A stretch of DNA of 41,548 bases from Thermomicrobiales bacterium (GCA_035763465.1 DASUBC010000254.1:1-41548), one strand, 5' to 3'. Positions 6,686-15,151 are shown, counted from the stretch's first letter. Notes: generated by a model not told the origin, from the sequence alone. Numbers and translations: made by a program.

Positions 6686-9280
6686 ATGGCGCGCGGTTGG
6701 CACTTTCTTGCAACGGTCATCGCAGTTGGCCTGCTGGCCGCTGCGTGCGGTCCGGCGCAGCGCACCTATCAGCCGCCCCCGGCCACGCCGGAGCTTCAGG
6801 GGGTCAACCTGGATTCCGCGACGCAGACGGCGATGGCGCGCGCCCAGCGTGTCGTCTTTCTGATCCCGTTTTCGCACTGGGATACCGACTGGCACGATAC
6901 CTTCGACCACTACGCCGCCCATGCGGACCAGAACATCGCAGCGGCCATCGCGATCGCCCAGCAGGACCGCCGCTTCCGCTACACGCTGGAGCAGGTGCTC
7001 TTCGTCCAGCATTTCTGGATAACCCATCCCGAAGACCATGACGTGCTGGTTGATCTGGTGCGGCGTGGGCAGTTCACCTTCGCCTGGGGTGGCATCACCC
7101 AGCCGGAAACGAGCCTCGTCGCGCCGGAGGTGCAGGTTCGCAATCTGCAACTTGGCGACGACTGGATCGCGTCAACCTTCGGCGTGGCTCCTCCACACAC
7201 TGCCTGGCAGTCGGATGCCTTCGGCACGTCGGCGGCTTTTCCAATCTTTCTCAATGCCGTGGGTGTTGATGGGGTCTTCCTGGGACGGGTGACGAATATC
7301 TGCCCGCAGCGGCCCTGCGCGAACCCACTGCCGCACGCCTTCTACTGGGCCAGCCCGGCCGATCCCACCCAGCGCGTGCTCGCGACCTACTTGACGTATT
7401 CCGCGCCGTGGCAGGCGATTGCTGGCAAGGATACGGCGGGACAGCTGGCTGGGCTACAGAAGATAATCGCGGGCGAGGAGCAGCGCACGTCGTCGAAATA
7501 TCTCTTCCTGCCGCTCGGCGACGATTTTAGTGACCCGCTGCCCACGCTGCCGGCGCTGGTAGACCACTGGAACGCCGCTGATCCTGGCACGCTGCTGGTC
7601 ATGGCCGACCCGGCGACCGCGTTCCGCTATCTGGCGACCCAGCCATTGCCGACCGTCACGGCCGACCGCAATCCTGCCTGGCAGGCGTTCTACGGCACAC
7701 GGCCCGAGGCGAAGGTCGCCGACAAGGATAGCGCCTACCTGCTCACCGCTGCCGACGCCTTCAGCCTGTTGGACGCACCGCGCGACGTAGACGAGAGCGC
7801 CGCCTGGCACGACGCGGCGATTAACGCGCACTATGACAATATCTCCGGCGTCGGTTTTGACAGCGTCTGGCAGACCAGCCAGCAGCCGCGCTTCACCCGT
7901 GCCGTGTCTGGCGCGGCGACCGAACTGGCGAACACGCTGGCCCGCATCGCCGCCGCGACCGATGCGCCGCTGGTATTGTTCAACTCCGCGCAACAGTCAC
8001 GCGCGGAGGTGGTCGAACTGCACGGCAATCTGCCGGACGCGGTCTTGCAGGCGCTGCCGCCGCCGGTGCAGCGGCTCGATCCGACGACGGTCGCGTTCTG
8101 GTCGGGCAATGTGCCCGCGCTCGGCTACGCCGCGCCGGCCACCGGCCCGCCGGCCGGGTCACCGCAACCAGCGACCGTGACGCAAAATGGGCAGGCGGTG
8201 ACGCTGGCGAATGGTCTGGTGAGTGTCACGCTCGATGGCGCGCATGGCGGCGCGTTCAGCAGCCTGCGCCAGACCGCCGGGCCGGAACTGCTGCGCGGCT
8301 ACGGCGACGACCTGGCCTATTACGACGACAGTGGCGACATCTATGGGGCGCAGTTTGGCGGTGTGCGCGCCCGCGAGAGTGCGACTCCGGCCACGGTGGC
8401 CGTGCTGGCGAGCGGCCCGCTGGTCGCGCGCGTGCAGGTCACGGTATCGCTGGGGGGCCAGACGGTCGTCAAGACCGTGACCGTGACGGCCGGTAGCCCG
8501 CGCGTTGACGTGACGGTGGCGGTCGCGGCGCTGCCGCAAACATCGGTGATCGTGCAGGTGCCGCTGGCGCTGGCCGCGACCGCGCGCACCGACGACCTCG
8601 GCTTCACGTCGCTCACGCACCAGGTTGACGATCAGCCGATCACGCCGGGCACCAGCACCTATCGGCGCGAGGTCTTCTATCCGTTCGAAGCCTGGAGCGA
8701 TGTCTCGGCCGGCGGCGCGGGACTGACGCTCATGACGCACGGCTTGCAAGGGCTGGGTGGCATGACGACGCTCAACCTGCTGCTGGTGCGCGATGTCAAC
8801 GATGGCGGGCGACCCGACAGCGAAGGCGTGACCGACCGGGCGGTACATCTGCTGTGCTATGCATATCTGCCGCACAGTGGGGACGCGCGCACGGCGCAAC
8901 CGGCGCAGGCCGCCGATGCCTTCAACCGGCCGCTCATTCCTGTGTGGGGCACGGGAGCCACGCGCGATGTCCAGTTCCCACCGCGCGCCGGTGTCACGGA
9001 TACCCCAGCGCCCATGCTGGTCAATGTGCCTGCCGCGCCCCCACGCAGACCCATGTCATTCAGCCTGCTGACCGGCGACGTGAGCGGGCGCGTTGCCGAC
9101 CTCTACGAACGCGCGGGCCGCACCGAGATGCTGACACTGCCAGCCACTGTCGGAAAGCCGCCCCCGCCGCTGGTGCGGGTGGTGCCGAATGGAGGAAAAG
9201 CGGGAGCCGTAGCACCACCCATGCCACCCTGCCTGCTGGCCTGGCCGTGCCGGCAGCGCGTCACCCGTCCGGCCACATGA
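6686..9280 (+). CDS. glycoside hydrolase family 38-like (alpha-mannosidase-type) lipoprotein
   Basis: 864 aa. N-terminus MARGWHFLATVIAVGLLAAACGP has a lipobox (LAAAC). FLIPFSHWDTDWHDTF matches the GH38 N-terminal H-x-D metal motif. Confidence 0.7.
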   Translation: MARGWHFLATVIAVGLLAAACGPAQRTYQPPPATPELQGVNLDSATQTAMARAQRVVFLIPFSHWDTDWHDTFDHYAAHADQNIAAAIAIAQQDRRFRYTLEQVLFVQHFWITHPEDHDVLVDLVRRGQFTFAWGGITQPETSLVAPEVQVRNLQLGDDWIASTFGVAPPHTAWQSDAFGTSAAFPIFLNAVGVDGVFLGRVTNICPQRPCANPLPHAFYWASPADPTQRVLATYLTYSAPWQAIAGKDTAGQLAGLQKIIAGEEQRTSSKYLFLPLGDDFSDPLPTLPALVDHWNAADPGTLLVMADPATAFRYLATQPLPTVTADRNPAWQAFYGTRPEAKVADKDSAYLLTAADAFSLLDAPRDVDESAAWHDAAINAHYDNISGVGFDSVWQTSQQPRFTRAVSGAATELANTLARIAAATDAPLVLFNSAQQSRAEVVELHGNLPDAVLQALPPPVQRLDPTTVAFWSGNVPALGYAAPATGPPAGSPQPATVTQNGQAVTLANGLVSVTLDGAHGGAFSSLRQTAGPELLRGYGDDLAYYDDSGDIYGAQFGGVRARESATPATVAVLASGPLVARVQVTVSLGGQTVVKTVTVTAGSPRVDVTVAVAALPQTSVIVQVPLALAATARTDDLGFTSLTHQVDDQPITPGTSTYRREVFYPFEAWSDVSAGGAGLTLMTHGLQGLGGMTTLNLLLVRDVNDGGRPDSEGVTDRAVHLLCYAYLPHSGDARTAQPAQAADAFNRPLIPVWGTGATRDVQFPPRAGVTDTPAPMLVNVPAAPPRRPMSFSLLTGDVSGRVADLYERAGRTEMLTLPATVGKPPPPLVRVVPNGGKAGAVAPPMPPCLLAWPCRQRVTRPAT

Positions 9281-9380
9281 GGCGCGGCACGCTGCTTGCC
9301 GGCGCCTTTGGCTGGACGATAGACTAACGTGGCAGTGTGGGCGGTGAGACGTCAGTGAACGGCGCTGGGGAGAGCGATAG

Positions 9381-10181
9381 GTGGCGACGAGCAACTCCGA
9401 CCTTGCGGAATACACCGATGCCGAGGAATACGACCGTGAGAACGGCACGAGCGGGCCGGACCTCGATTATTACCTCGACCTCGCCCGTACAACCCGTGGC
9501 CCCGGCCTCGATCTGGCCTGCGGCACCGGCTTTCTGACCATCCCCTTCGCGCGGCTCGGGCTGACGATGGTCGGCGTTGATCGCGCCCCGGAGATGCTCG
9601 CCCTCGCCCGGCGCAAAGCGGGGACGCTGCCGATCCGCTGGGTGCAGGCCGATTGCCGGACGCTCGATCTCGGGGAGCAGTTTCGTTTGATCACGCTGAC
9701 CGGCAATGCTTTCCAGGAGTTCCTGACGCGCGAGGACCAGGAAGGGCTGCTCGGCGCGGTTCGCCGCCACCTTGCGCCGGACGGGCTGTTCGCGTTCGAG
9801 ACGCGCTTTCCGCGTCCCTCCGCGCTTCTCACCGCCGCCGCGCTCGACGGCAGTTGGTCGGACGAGACTGTCTGGCGAACATTCACCGACGAGGCGGGGC
9901 GAGTCGTCACCGTCGCCACGGCGCAACGCTACGATGCCCTGCGCCAGACGGCGGAGTACGTCATCCACCGGCGCTGGCAGGCGAACGGGCGTGACGAGGC
10001 ACGGACGGAACGCGCCACGCTGCGCTTCGTCTACCCACAGGAGCTGGAGGCGCTGCTCCACTACAATGGTCTCGCCATCCGGCACGCCTATGGCGATTGG
10101 GACCGGCGCCCCCTGACCAACAACAGCCCCCGGATGATCTACGTCTGCCACCCGCGCCCGCGTGCCACAGATGGCGCCTGA
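9381..10181 (+). CDS. class I SAM-dependent methyltransferase
   Basis: GTG start after GGGGAG. Motif I is LDLACGTGFLTIPFARLG, followed by VGVDRAPEML. Confidence 0.8.
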   Translation: MATSNSDLAEYTDAEEYDRENGTSGPDLDYYLDLARTTRGPGLDLACGTGFLTIPFARLGLTMVGVDRAPEMLALARRKAGTLPIRWVQADCRTLDLGEQFRLITLTGNAFQEFLTREDQEGLLGAVRRHLAPDGLFAFETRFPRPSALLTAAALDGSWSDETVWRTFTDEAGRVVTVATAQRYDALRQTAEYVIHRRWQANGRDEARTERATLRFVYPQELEALLHYNGLAIRHAYGDWDRRPLTNNSPRMIYVCHPRPRATDGA

Positions 10182-10237
10182 TCGTGCCGTCCCGCTGGCA
10201 TGTCAGAAGATAATCGCCGCTGGCCGGTACCAACCAC

Positions 10238-10266
10238 TTGACAAGCCGAAGTGAGTTTAGTACTAT
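10238..10266 (+). promoter_or_regulatory. sigma-70-type promoter of yceI-like gene
   Basis: TTGACA (10238-10243), 17-nt spacer, TACTAT (10261-10266), with an overlapping TATACT at 10264-10269. Local AT-rich island in a GC-rich genome. Confidence 0.5.
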
Positions 10267-10273
10267 ACTAATA

Positions 10274-10291
10274 AGTGGACCATAGTCCACT
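10274..10291. promoter_or_regulatory. palindromic operator-like site at the predicted transcription start
   Basis: AGTGGAC-cata-GTCCACT: perfect 7-bp half sites, 5 nt downstream of the -10 element. Confidence 0.4.
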
Positions 10292-10335
10292 AAGCATGGC
10301 GGTTGGCAGAGGTAATACAAGGAGGACACTCACCG

Positions 10336-10884
10336 ATGACGGCTACCGCGACCAGCACGACGAACTGGACGATCGATCAGGCGCATTCCCTGGTCGAGTT
10401 TTCGGCCAAGCACATGATGTTTACGACCGTAAAGGGTCGGTTCACGGGCTTCAGCGGCACGATCACCGAGCACGCGAGCGACCAGTCGCTGTCGTCGGTG
10501 AACGTGACGATTGACACGACCAGTGTGACGACTGGCGATGCGAAGCGCGACGGCCACCTGCGCTCCCCCGATTTCCTGAATGTCGAGCAGTATCCGCAGG
10601 CGACGTTCATCAGCAAGCGCGTCGAAGCCCTCGGTGGCGACCGCTACCGCGTGGTCGGTGACCTGACGCTCATGGGCGTGACCCGCGAGATCGTGCTTGA
10701 CGCGGAGCTGCAAGGGCAGGCGGTCAATCCCCGTGGCAAGACGGTGGCCGGCGTCAGCGCGACGACCGCGATCAAGCGCGCCGACTTTGGCCTGAACTGG
10801 AACGTGGCGCTGGAAGCCGGCGGCGTGCTGGTGAGCGATCAGGTCAAGTTCGCGCTGGAAATTCAGGCCGTCAAGCAAGACTAA
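10336..10884 (+). CDS. yceI: YceI family (polyisoprenoid-binding) protein
   Basis: WTIDQAHSLVEFSAKHMMFTTVKGRFTGFSG...TGDAKRDGHLRSPDFLNVEQYPQATF. ATG 10336 lies 10 nt after AAGGAGGA. Confidence 0.9.
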   Translation: MTATATSTTNWTIDQAHSLVEFSAKHMMFTTVKGRFTGFSGTITEHASDQSLSSVNVTIDTTSVTTGDAKRDGHLRSPDFLNVEQYPQATFISKRVEALGGDRYRVVGDLTLMGVTREIVLDAELQGQAVNPRGKTVAGVSATTAIKRADFGLNWNVALEAGGVLVSDQVKFALEIQAVKQD

Positions 10885-10912
10885 CGGTCCACTCAGACAA
10901 CACGCATAAGTA

Positions 10913-10940
10913 GACGAGCGAGCCACGCGGCTCGCTCGTC
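10913..10940. terminator. GC hairpin between convergent yceI and arginase
   Basis: GACGAGCGAGCC-acgc-GGCTCGCTCGTC, a 12-bp perfect stem. There is no clear U-tract on either side. Confidence 0.4.
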
Positions 10941-10946
10941 GCTGTC

Positions 10947-12017
10947 TCAGTTGCTGCCGAGCAGCACACTGAGCAGCCGGATGGCGACCTCGGTGCTCGC
11001 GCCGCGCGTGTCGAGCAAGGGATTCAGTTCGACCCAGTCCACCGAGCGAATCGGCAGGTCGCAGTCACGCAGCAAGCGCAGCCCGGCGATCGCCTCGCGC
11101 ACGATCAAGCCGCCGGGCACTGGTGTGCTCGTCGCTGTGAAGCAGGAAGGGTCGAGCACGTCCAAGTCAAATGACACATGAACGGCGTCCACGCCGCGCG
11201 CGGCCAGGTCGGCGACCGCGCGTTCCAGCGTGGCGACAAAGCCGCCGAGCGCGTCCACCTGCGTCATGCGGTACACATTCACCGGGTCGCGTGCCAGGAA
11301 GGCTTCTTCGCCGGGGTCGAGGTCGCGCAGGCCGATCATTGTCACATCTTCCGGCCGCACCTTCGGCGCAGCCCCGGCGATGGTCGTCAGCGCGCGATCG
11401 CCGTGGCCGAGCGCGATCGCCATCGGCATCCCGTGGATGTTACCGCTGGGCGTCGTCTCGGCCGTATTCAAGTCGGCGTGCGTGTCAATCCAGAGCACGC
11501 CTAAGCGCGTGCAGGCCGCCGCCGCGCCCGCGATCGAACCGATAGAGAGCGCGTGGTCGCCGCCGAGCGCAAGCGCCAGCCGCCCATCGTCAATGGTCGC
11601 GCGTACATACCGCGCCAGGCGCTTGCAGGCGGTGAGAATCGGTTCGCGGTTTTTCAGCCGGGGGTCGCCATATTCTGGCGGCGCCAGCGGCGGCGGCACA
11701 TCCGTGACGGTGAGCGGCTCGAGGCGCACCGGCGCTTCGTGCCTGGCCGGCCCTTGATAGGCCCCGGGCAGCCGCCGGCGTAACCCCGCGTCGAGCGCGA
11801 ACGGCCCGATCTCCGGCCCAAACTCGCTCACCCCCAACCCCATCGGCACCGCGATCGGCGCGATCGCCGCGCCGCGCAGGCGGTTGGCAGACGGAGTTGC
11901 AGGTTGGCAGGTTGCAGGTTGCAGGTTGGTAGAGGCAGACGCCTCTGCCGGCTGGCCGGGCGCTGGGCCAGAGAAACCTGGAACCTGGAACCTGGAACCT
12001 GCAACCCCGCCGCTCAC
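10947..12017 (-). CDS. rocF: arginase (ureohydrolase family)
   Basis: GGDHALSIGSIAG, LWIDTHADLN, GNIHGMP and HVSFDLDVLDP are the Mn-binding arginase motifs. The first strand AIAPIAVPMGLG aligns to the start of known arginases, but the only in-frame ATG/GTG/TTG upstream of it is GTG 12017, which overlaps the argS stop as GTGA. The start is therefore uncertain. Confidence 0.85.
   Translation of the reverse strand: MSGGVAGSRFQVPGFSGPAPGQPAEASASTNLQPATCQPATPSANRLRGAAIAPIAVPMGLGVSEFGPEIGPFALDAGLRRRLPGAYQGPARHEAPVRLEPLTVTDVPPPLAPPEYGDPRLKNREPILTACKRLARYVRATIDDGRLALALGGDHALSIGSIAGAAAACTRLGVLWIDTHADLNTAETTPSGNIHGMPMAIALGHGDRALTTIAGAAPKVRPEDVTMIGLRDLDPGEEAFLARDPVNVYRMTQVDALGGFVATLERAVADLAARGVDAVHVSFDLDVLDPSCFTATSTPVPGGLIVREAIAGLRLLRDCDLPIRSVDWVELNPLLDTRGASTEVAIRLLSVLLGSN
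11896..12006. repeat. heptamer-array hairpin (GCAGGTT / AACCTGG)
   Basis: Left arm GTTGCAGGTTGGCAGGTTGCAGGTTGCAGGTTGG (11896-11929). Central hairpin AGAGGC-agac-GCCTCT. Right arm AACCTGGAACCTGGAACCTGGAACCTGCAACC (11975-12006). Confidence 0.8.
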
Positions 12018-14176
12018 ATCGCCTCCGGCGCGGCGATACCGAGCAGGGCGAGCGCGGCGGCGAGCGTGCGGCGCGCGGCGTCTACGATCGCCAAGCGCAC
12101 GGTGCGCTGTGGCTCGGGTGCGTCGAGCACACGGCAGTGCTCGTAGAAATCGTTGGTGCGTGTCGCCAGTTCGTAGGCGTAGGTCGCGATCACGAGCGGC
12201 TTGTAGTCGCGCGCGGCGCGCTGCACTTCGGCCGGCAGCAGAGCGATCTGCTCGACCAGATTGATCTCCTGCTCGGTGAGGTCGCCGAAGGCCGGCAGCC
12301 CACTGCTGAAGTCGGGCGCGCCCCCGGCGCGTTCGAGGATGCGGCAGGCGCGGGCGTGGGCGTACTGAATGTAGGGCGCCGACTGTCCTTGCAGACTGAG
12401 CGCTTCGTCCAGGTCGAAGACGATTACCTTGTTGTTGTCGCGGTCGAGCATACCGTAGAGGAGCGCGCCGACGCCCACCTGGCGGGCGACGGTTTGCTTC
12501 TGTGCGGCCGGCAGGTCGGGATTTTTTTCCTCGATGATCATTTGAGCGCGAGCGAATATGTCGGCCGCCAGGTCGTCGTAGAGCGGCGTATTGCCCGAGC
12601 GCGAGCCGATCTTGCTGCCCTTCAACATGACCAGTTCGTAGCTGAGGTGGTGCGACTGCGCGGCCTGCTCGAAGCCCATGAGTTCGAGAATCTTGAGAAT
12701 CTGTTGAAAATAGAGGGCTTGCTCGACCGCCACGACCCAGTAGGCCCGGTCCAGGTGGTAGACCGTGAATTTGCGTCTGGTCAGCGCCAGGTCTTTGGTC
12801 GAGTAGAGCGTCGTGCCGTCGGAGCGCAGAATTGGCAATACCCGGTAGGTCTCTTTTTCGAGCCCGAGCTTTTCGTCAATCTTGACGACCGGCAGCCCTT
12901 CGCTGATCTCGGCGATACCGTTCGCCAGCAGTTCCTCGACGATGCCCCGGCCTTCTTCCTCGACCTCGCTCTCGAAGTACCAGACATCGAACGTGACGCC
13001 CAGTTCGGCGTAGATACGGTGGAACTCCTCCATGCTCCAGGCTTTGGTGCGTTCCCACAGCGCGATGAAGGCGGGGTCTTTCTCTTCCCAGAGCCGCCAG
13101 GTGTCCTTAAAATCCTGTCCCCAGGTCGCCGATGGGATCCACCAGTCAATGCGCTGGTCGAGTTGCTCCCACTCGGCCAGATATTTCTTCGCGATAGACT
13201 CGTCAGCCGGCATGCCCTGCGCCCGCGTTGGCTGGACTTCCTCGCGCAGCTGCGCGCCGATAATCGGCCAGACATCAACCAGGCAATTGGGGTCGTACAG
13301 TTTCGCCGGGTCGAATTCGCCGCGGCCATTGGAGAGCTGGCCGAGCAGGTAGGCGATATCTTCGCCAGCCGTCCGCTTCTTCCGCCAGAGTTCCTTCATC
13401 ATCCGATCGGCGGCAAGCCGGAAAACCTCGTCCTCAGTGGTCAGGTGGTTGATGAACGCAGTGACGTCCTTGCGGAAGTTGAGCCGCGCGTAGCTTTCCG
13501 CGTAGAGCTGTCCGAGCCAGCGGCCCTTCTCTTTCTCCGGTTCATCGCCGTAATGGAACGCCTTGTAACACCAGAGGCACAGAATGACGTGGCGGCCGAT
13601 GTCGCCGATGTAGTTGGCGCGCAGCACCGCGAAGCCCGCCCGGTCGAGAATGTTGCAGAGGGCGTTGCCGAGCGCCACATTGCGGAGGTGGCCGACATGG
13701 AAAGCTTTGTGCGTATTCGGCTGGGAGAACTCGACCATCACGCGCTCGCCGTTCGCCGGTGCGCGCCCATAGTCGTGGTCTTCGGCGAGGACGCGTTCCA
13801 CGATCTGCCGGGCAAACGCGCCACTGTCGAAGTAAATATTGACATAACCGTTGACTACTTCGACGCGCCCGGCAAGTTCCTCAGACTGCAAGCGGTCGGC
13901 CAGCAGGGAAGCGATTTCCTGCACCTTCCCGCTGCGAATGCGCTGGGCCGTTTCCCTGGCGGCGGCTTTGTCGAGACCGGCGGTGGCGGCGGCGATCTCC
14001 TCGGCGGCGGCCTGCCCGGCCACGGCCATCGCCACCGAGGTTGCCAGGCCGACCTGGCCGGAGAACGGCAGCCGGCGCAGGTCAATCGTGCGCGGCGTAT
14101 AACCGTGTTCGGCGAGAATCGCCGCGATCCGCTCGCGAACCTGTTCTTCTTGGCCGCTGGCTGTGCCTGCCGTCAT
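12014..14176 (-). CDS. argS: arginine--tRNA ligase
   Basis: 720 aa. HIGH motif AFHVGHLRN, YIGDIGRH, and a DALR-type anticodon-binding end (SAPYIQYAHARACRIL). ATG 14176 follows GGGAGG. Confidence 0.95.
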   Translation of the reverse strand: MTAGTASGQEEQVRERIAAILAEHGYTPRTIDLRRLPFSGQVGLATSVAMAVAGQAAAEEIAAATAGLDKAAARETAQRIRSGKVQEIASLLADRLQSEELAGRVEVVNGYVNIYFDSGAFARQIVERVLAEDHDYGRAPANGERVMVEFSQPNTHKAFHVGHLRNVALGNALCNILDRAGFAVLRANYIGDIGRHVILCLWCYKAFHYGDEPEKEKGRWLGQLYAESYARLNFRKDVTAFINHLTTEDEVFRLAADRMMKELWRKKRTAGEDIAYLLGQLSNGRGEFDPAKLYDPNCLVDVWPIIGAQLREEVQPTRAQGMPADESIAKKYLAEWEQLDQRIDWWIPSATWGQDFKDTWRLWEEKDPAFIALWERTKAWSMEEFHRIYAELGVTFDVWYFESEVEEEGRGIVEELLANGIAEISEGLPVVKIDEKLGLEKETYRVLPILRSDGTTLYSTKDLALTRRKFTVYHLDRAYWVVAVEQALYFQQILKILELMGFEQAAQSHHLSYELVMLKGSKIGSRSGNTPLYDDLAADIFARAQMIIEEKNPDLPAAQKQTVARQVGVGALLYGMLDRDNNKVIVFDLDEALSLQGQSAPYIQYAHARACRILERAGGAPDFSSGLPAFGDLTEQEINLVEQIALLPAEVQRAARDYKPLVIATYAYELATRTNDFYEHCRVLDAPEPQRTVRLAIVDAARRTLAAALALLGIAAPEAM

Positions 14177-14210
14177 CCTGACCTCCCTGACTCGTGTCTC
14201 AGCGTGATTG

Positions 14211-14241
14211 AATCACAAAGACGCGGGGCTTACCCCGCGTC
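14211..14241 (-). terminator. rho-independent-type terminator (minus strand)
   Basis: Minus-strand read: GACGCGGGG-taag-CCCCGCGTC followed by TTTGTGATT. It lies between the RmlA-like ORF and argS, only about 35 nt before the argS start. Confidence 0.55.
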
Positions 14242-14309
14242 CCGTCTCCGCCACTCTCCGTCCACCGGAGTGCCTGCCGCCCGATCGAGACCGTACCGGC
14301 GCCCGCCGT

Positions 14310-14642
14310 TTAGCGCGCTGCTGTCTTCTGAGCCACCTGACCGGCAGTCGCGCGCCCGGCCAGGTGTTTCTCCGCCCAGAAGACATTGCTACGATAGAGG
14401 CTCTCGAGGGCGCCGGCGTCGCTCCAGAATCCTCTCAGCTCGGACCAGCGAAGCAGGCCGTCGGCGAGGGGGGAATTGTTGACGTTGGTAATCGCTACGT
14501 CGGTGATGCCCGCGCGAACGAGCGTATCAAGCGGGTAATAGACCATCGGGCGGTCGTAGATCGGCAGCAGGCGCCTGCTAGTCGCATCCGTCAGTGGAAA
14601 GAGCCGGCTGCCGACGCCACCGGCCATAATCGCGCCCTTCAT
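14310..14642 (-). pseudogene. internally deleted glucose-1-phosphate thymidylyltransferase-like ORF (110 aa)
   Basis: The N-terminal ~50 aa [49 protein letters not shown] match the RmlA/NTP-transferase start. They join directly to a C-proximal [19 protein letters not shown] segment. The ~170-aa catalytic middle is missing, yet the frame is open and an SD (AGAGGGGA) is present. Confidence 0.5.
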
Positions 14643-14657
14643 GGTCCCCTCTGGCGC

Positions 14658-14933
14658 CTACGCCTGGTGTTCGGCGTCGGTCGTGTCGCTCTCCGCGATC
14701 TCTTCACGAGCCAGATCGGCTTCGTCTTCGTCTTCGTACTCCACACCGTCCTGGCGCAGCAGAATGATACCGGCGACCAGAATGATGATGCCTAGCACGA
14801 CGCCGAGGAGTTGCTTCCAGCCAAAGGTGGAATGCGGCGCGCCAAGACCGATCTGGTCGGCGAAGGCTGATACGAGCGCCAGGAGCGCGCCGACAACAAT
14901 AAAGGCGATGGCGAGCAATCGTCCTTGCGACAT
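14658..14933 (-). CDS. small two-TM membrane protein with acidic C-terminal tail
   Basis: Two hydrophobic helices (LLAIAFIVVGALLALVSAF and LLGVVLGIIILVAGIILL), then EYEDEDEADLAREEIAESDTTD. SD GGGAAGGGG. I recognise no family. Confidence 0.5.
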   Translation of the reverse strand: MSQGRLLAIAFIVVGALLALVSAFADQIGLGAPHSTFGWKQLLGVVLGIIILVAGIILLRQDGVEYEDEDEADLAREEIAESDTTDAEHQA

Positions 14934-15010
14934 CCGAATCTGTGCCCCTTCCCTAGCGCCTGCGAAACGCGCTCAAAACCCTTGTCCGCGTGGGACAATT
15001 CACGTCGCTC

Positions 15011-15019
15011 AGTATAGCA
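15011..15019 (-). promoter_or_regulatory. extended -10 promoter candidate (TGcTATACT on minus strand)
   Basis: Minus-strand read ..AAACATGCTATACTGAGCG.., about 80 nt upstream of the 14933 start. No good -35 element. Confidence 0.35.
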
Positions 15020-15151
15020 TGTTTGGCGTTTGAGCAGGCACGAGCTCACAGGCAGCTAGGGGGCTGCGGGTGTAGGCCAGCGCCGCACTCGTCGAATGGC
15101 GCAGGACTCGTCCTGCACGGTCGCTCATCGCACTGCTTAGAGTGCCCAAAG

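Noticed and set aside
14177-14309. T-box or other riboswitch leader upstream of argS
   Set aside because: The intergenic region is only about 130 nt. It has a terminator-like hairpin and a GGTGGAC/GGTAC string faintly resembling the T-box core. But there is no room for Stem I or a specifier loop, and no sequence can form an antiterminator with the 5' half of the terminator stem.
12137-14482. 781-aa + strand ORF, the longest in the track after the LuxR regulator and GH38
   Set aside because: It lies antisense to argS, which has unambiguous synthetase motifs. Its sequence is Arg/Gly/Val-rich with no motifs, typical of a shadow ORF in GC-rich DNA. The same reasoning rejects 47..796, 6028..7041, 6485..7150, 9324..10151, 10330..10926, 19654..20379, 20358..21266, 21474..22613, 22793..23599, 24063..24989, 25199..26251, 27210..27806, 28321..28806, 34248..35183, 35488..36039, 39636..40256 and 40484..41056.
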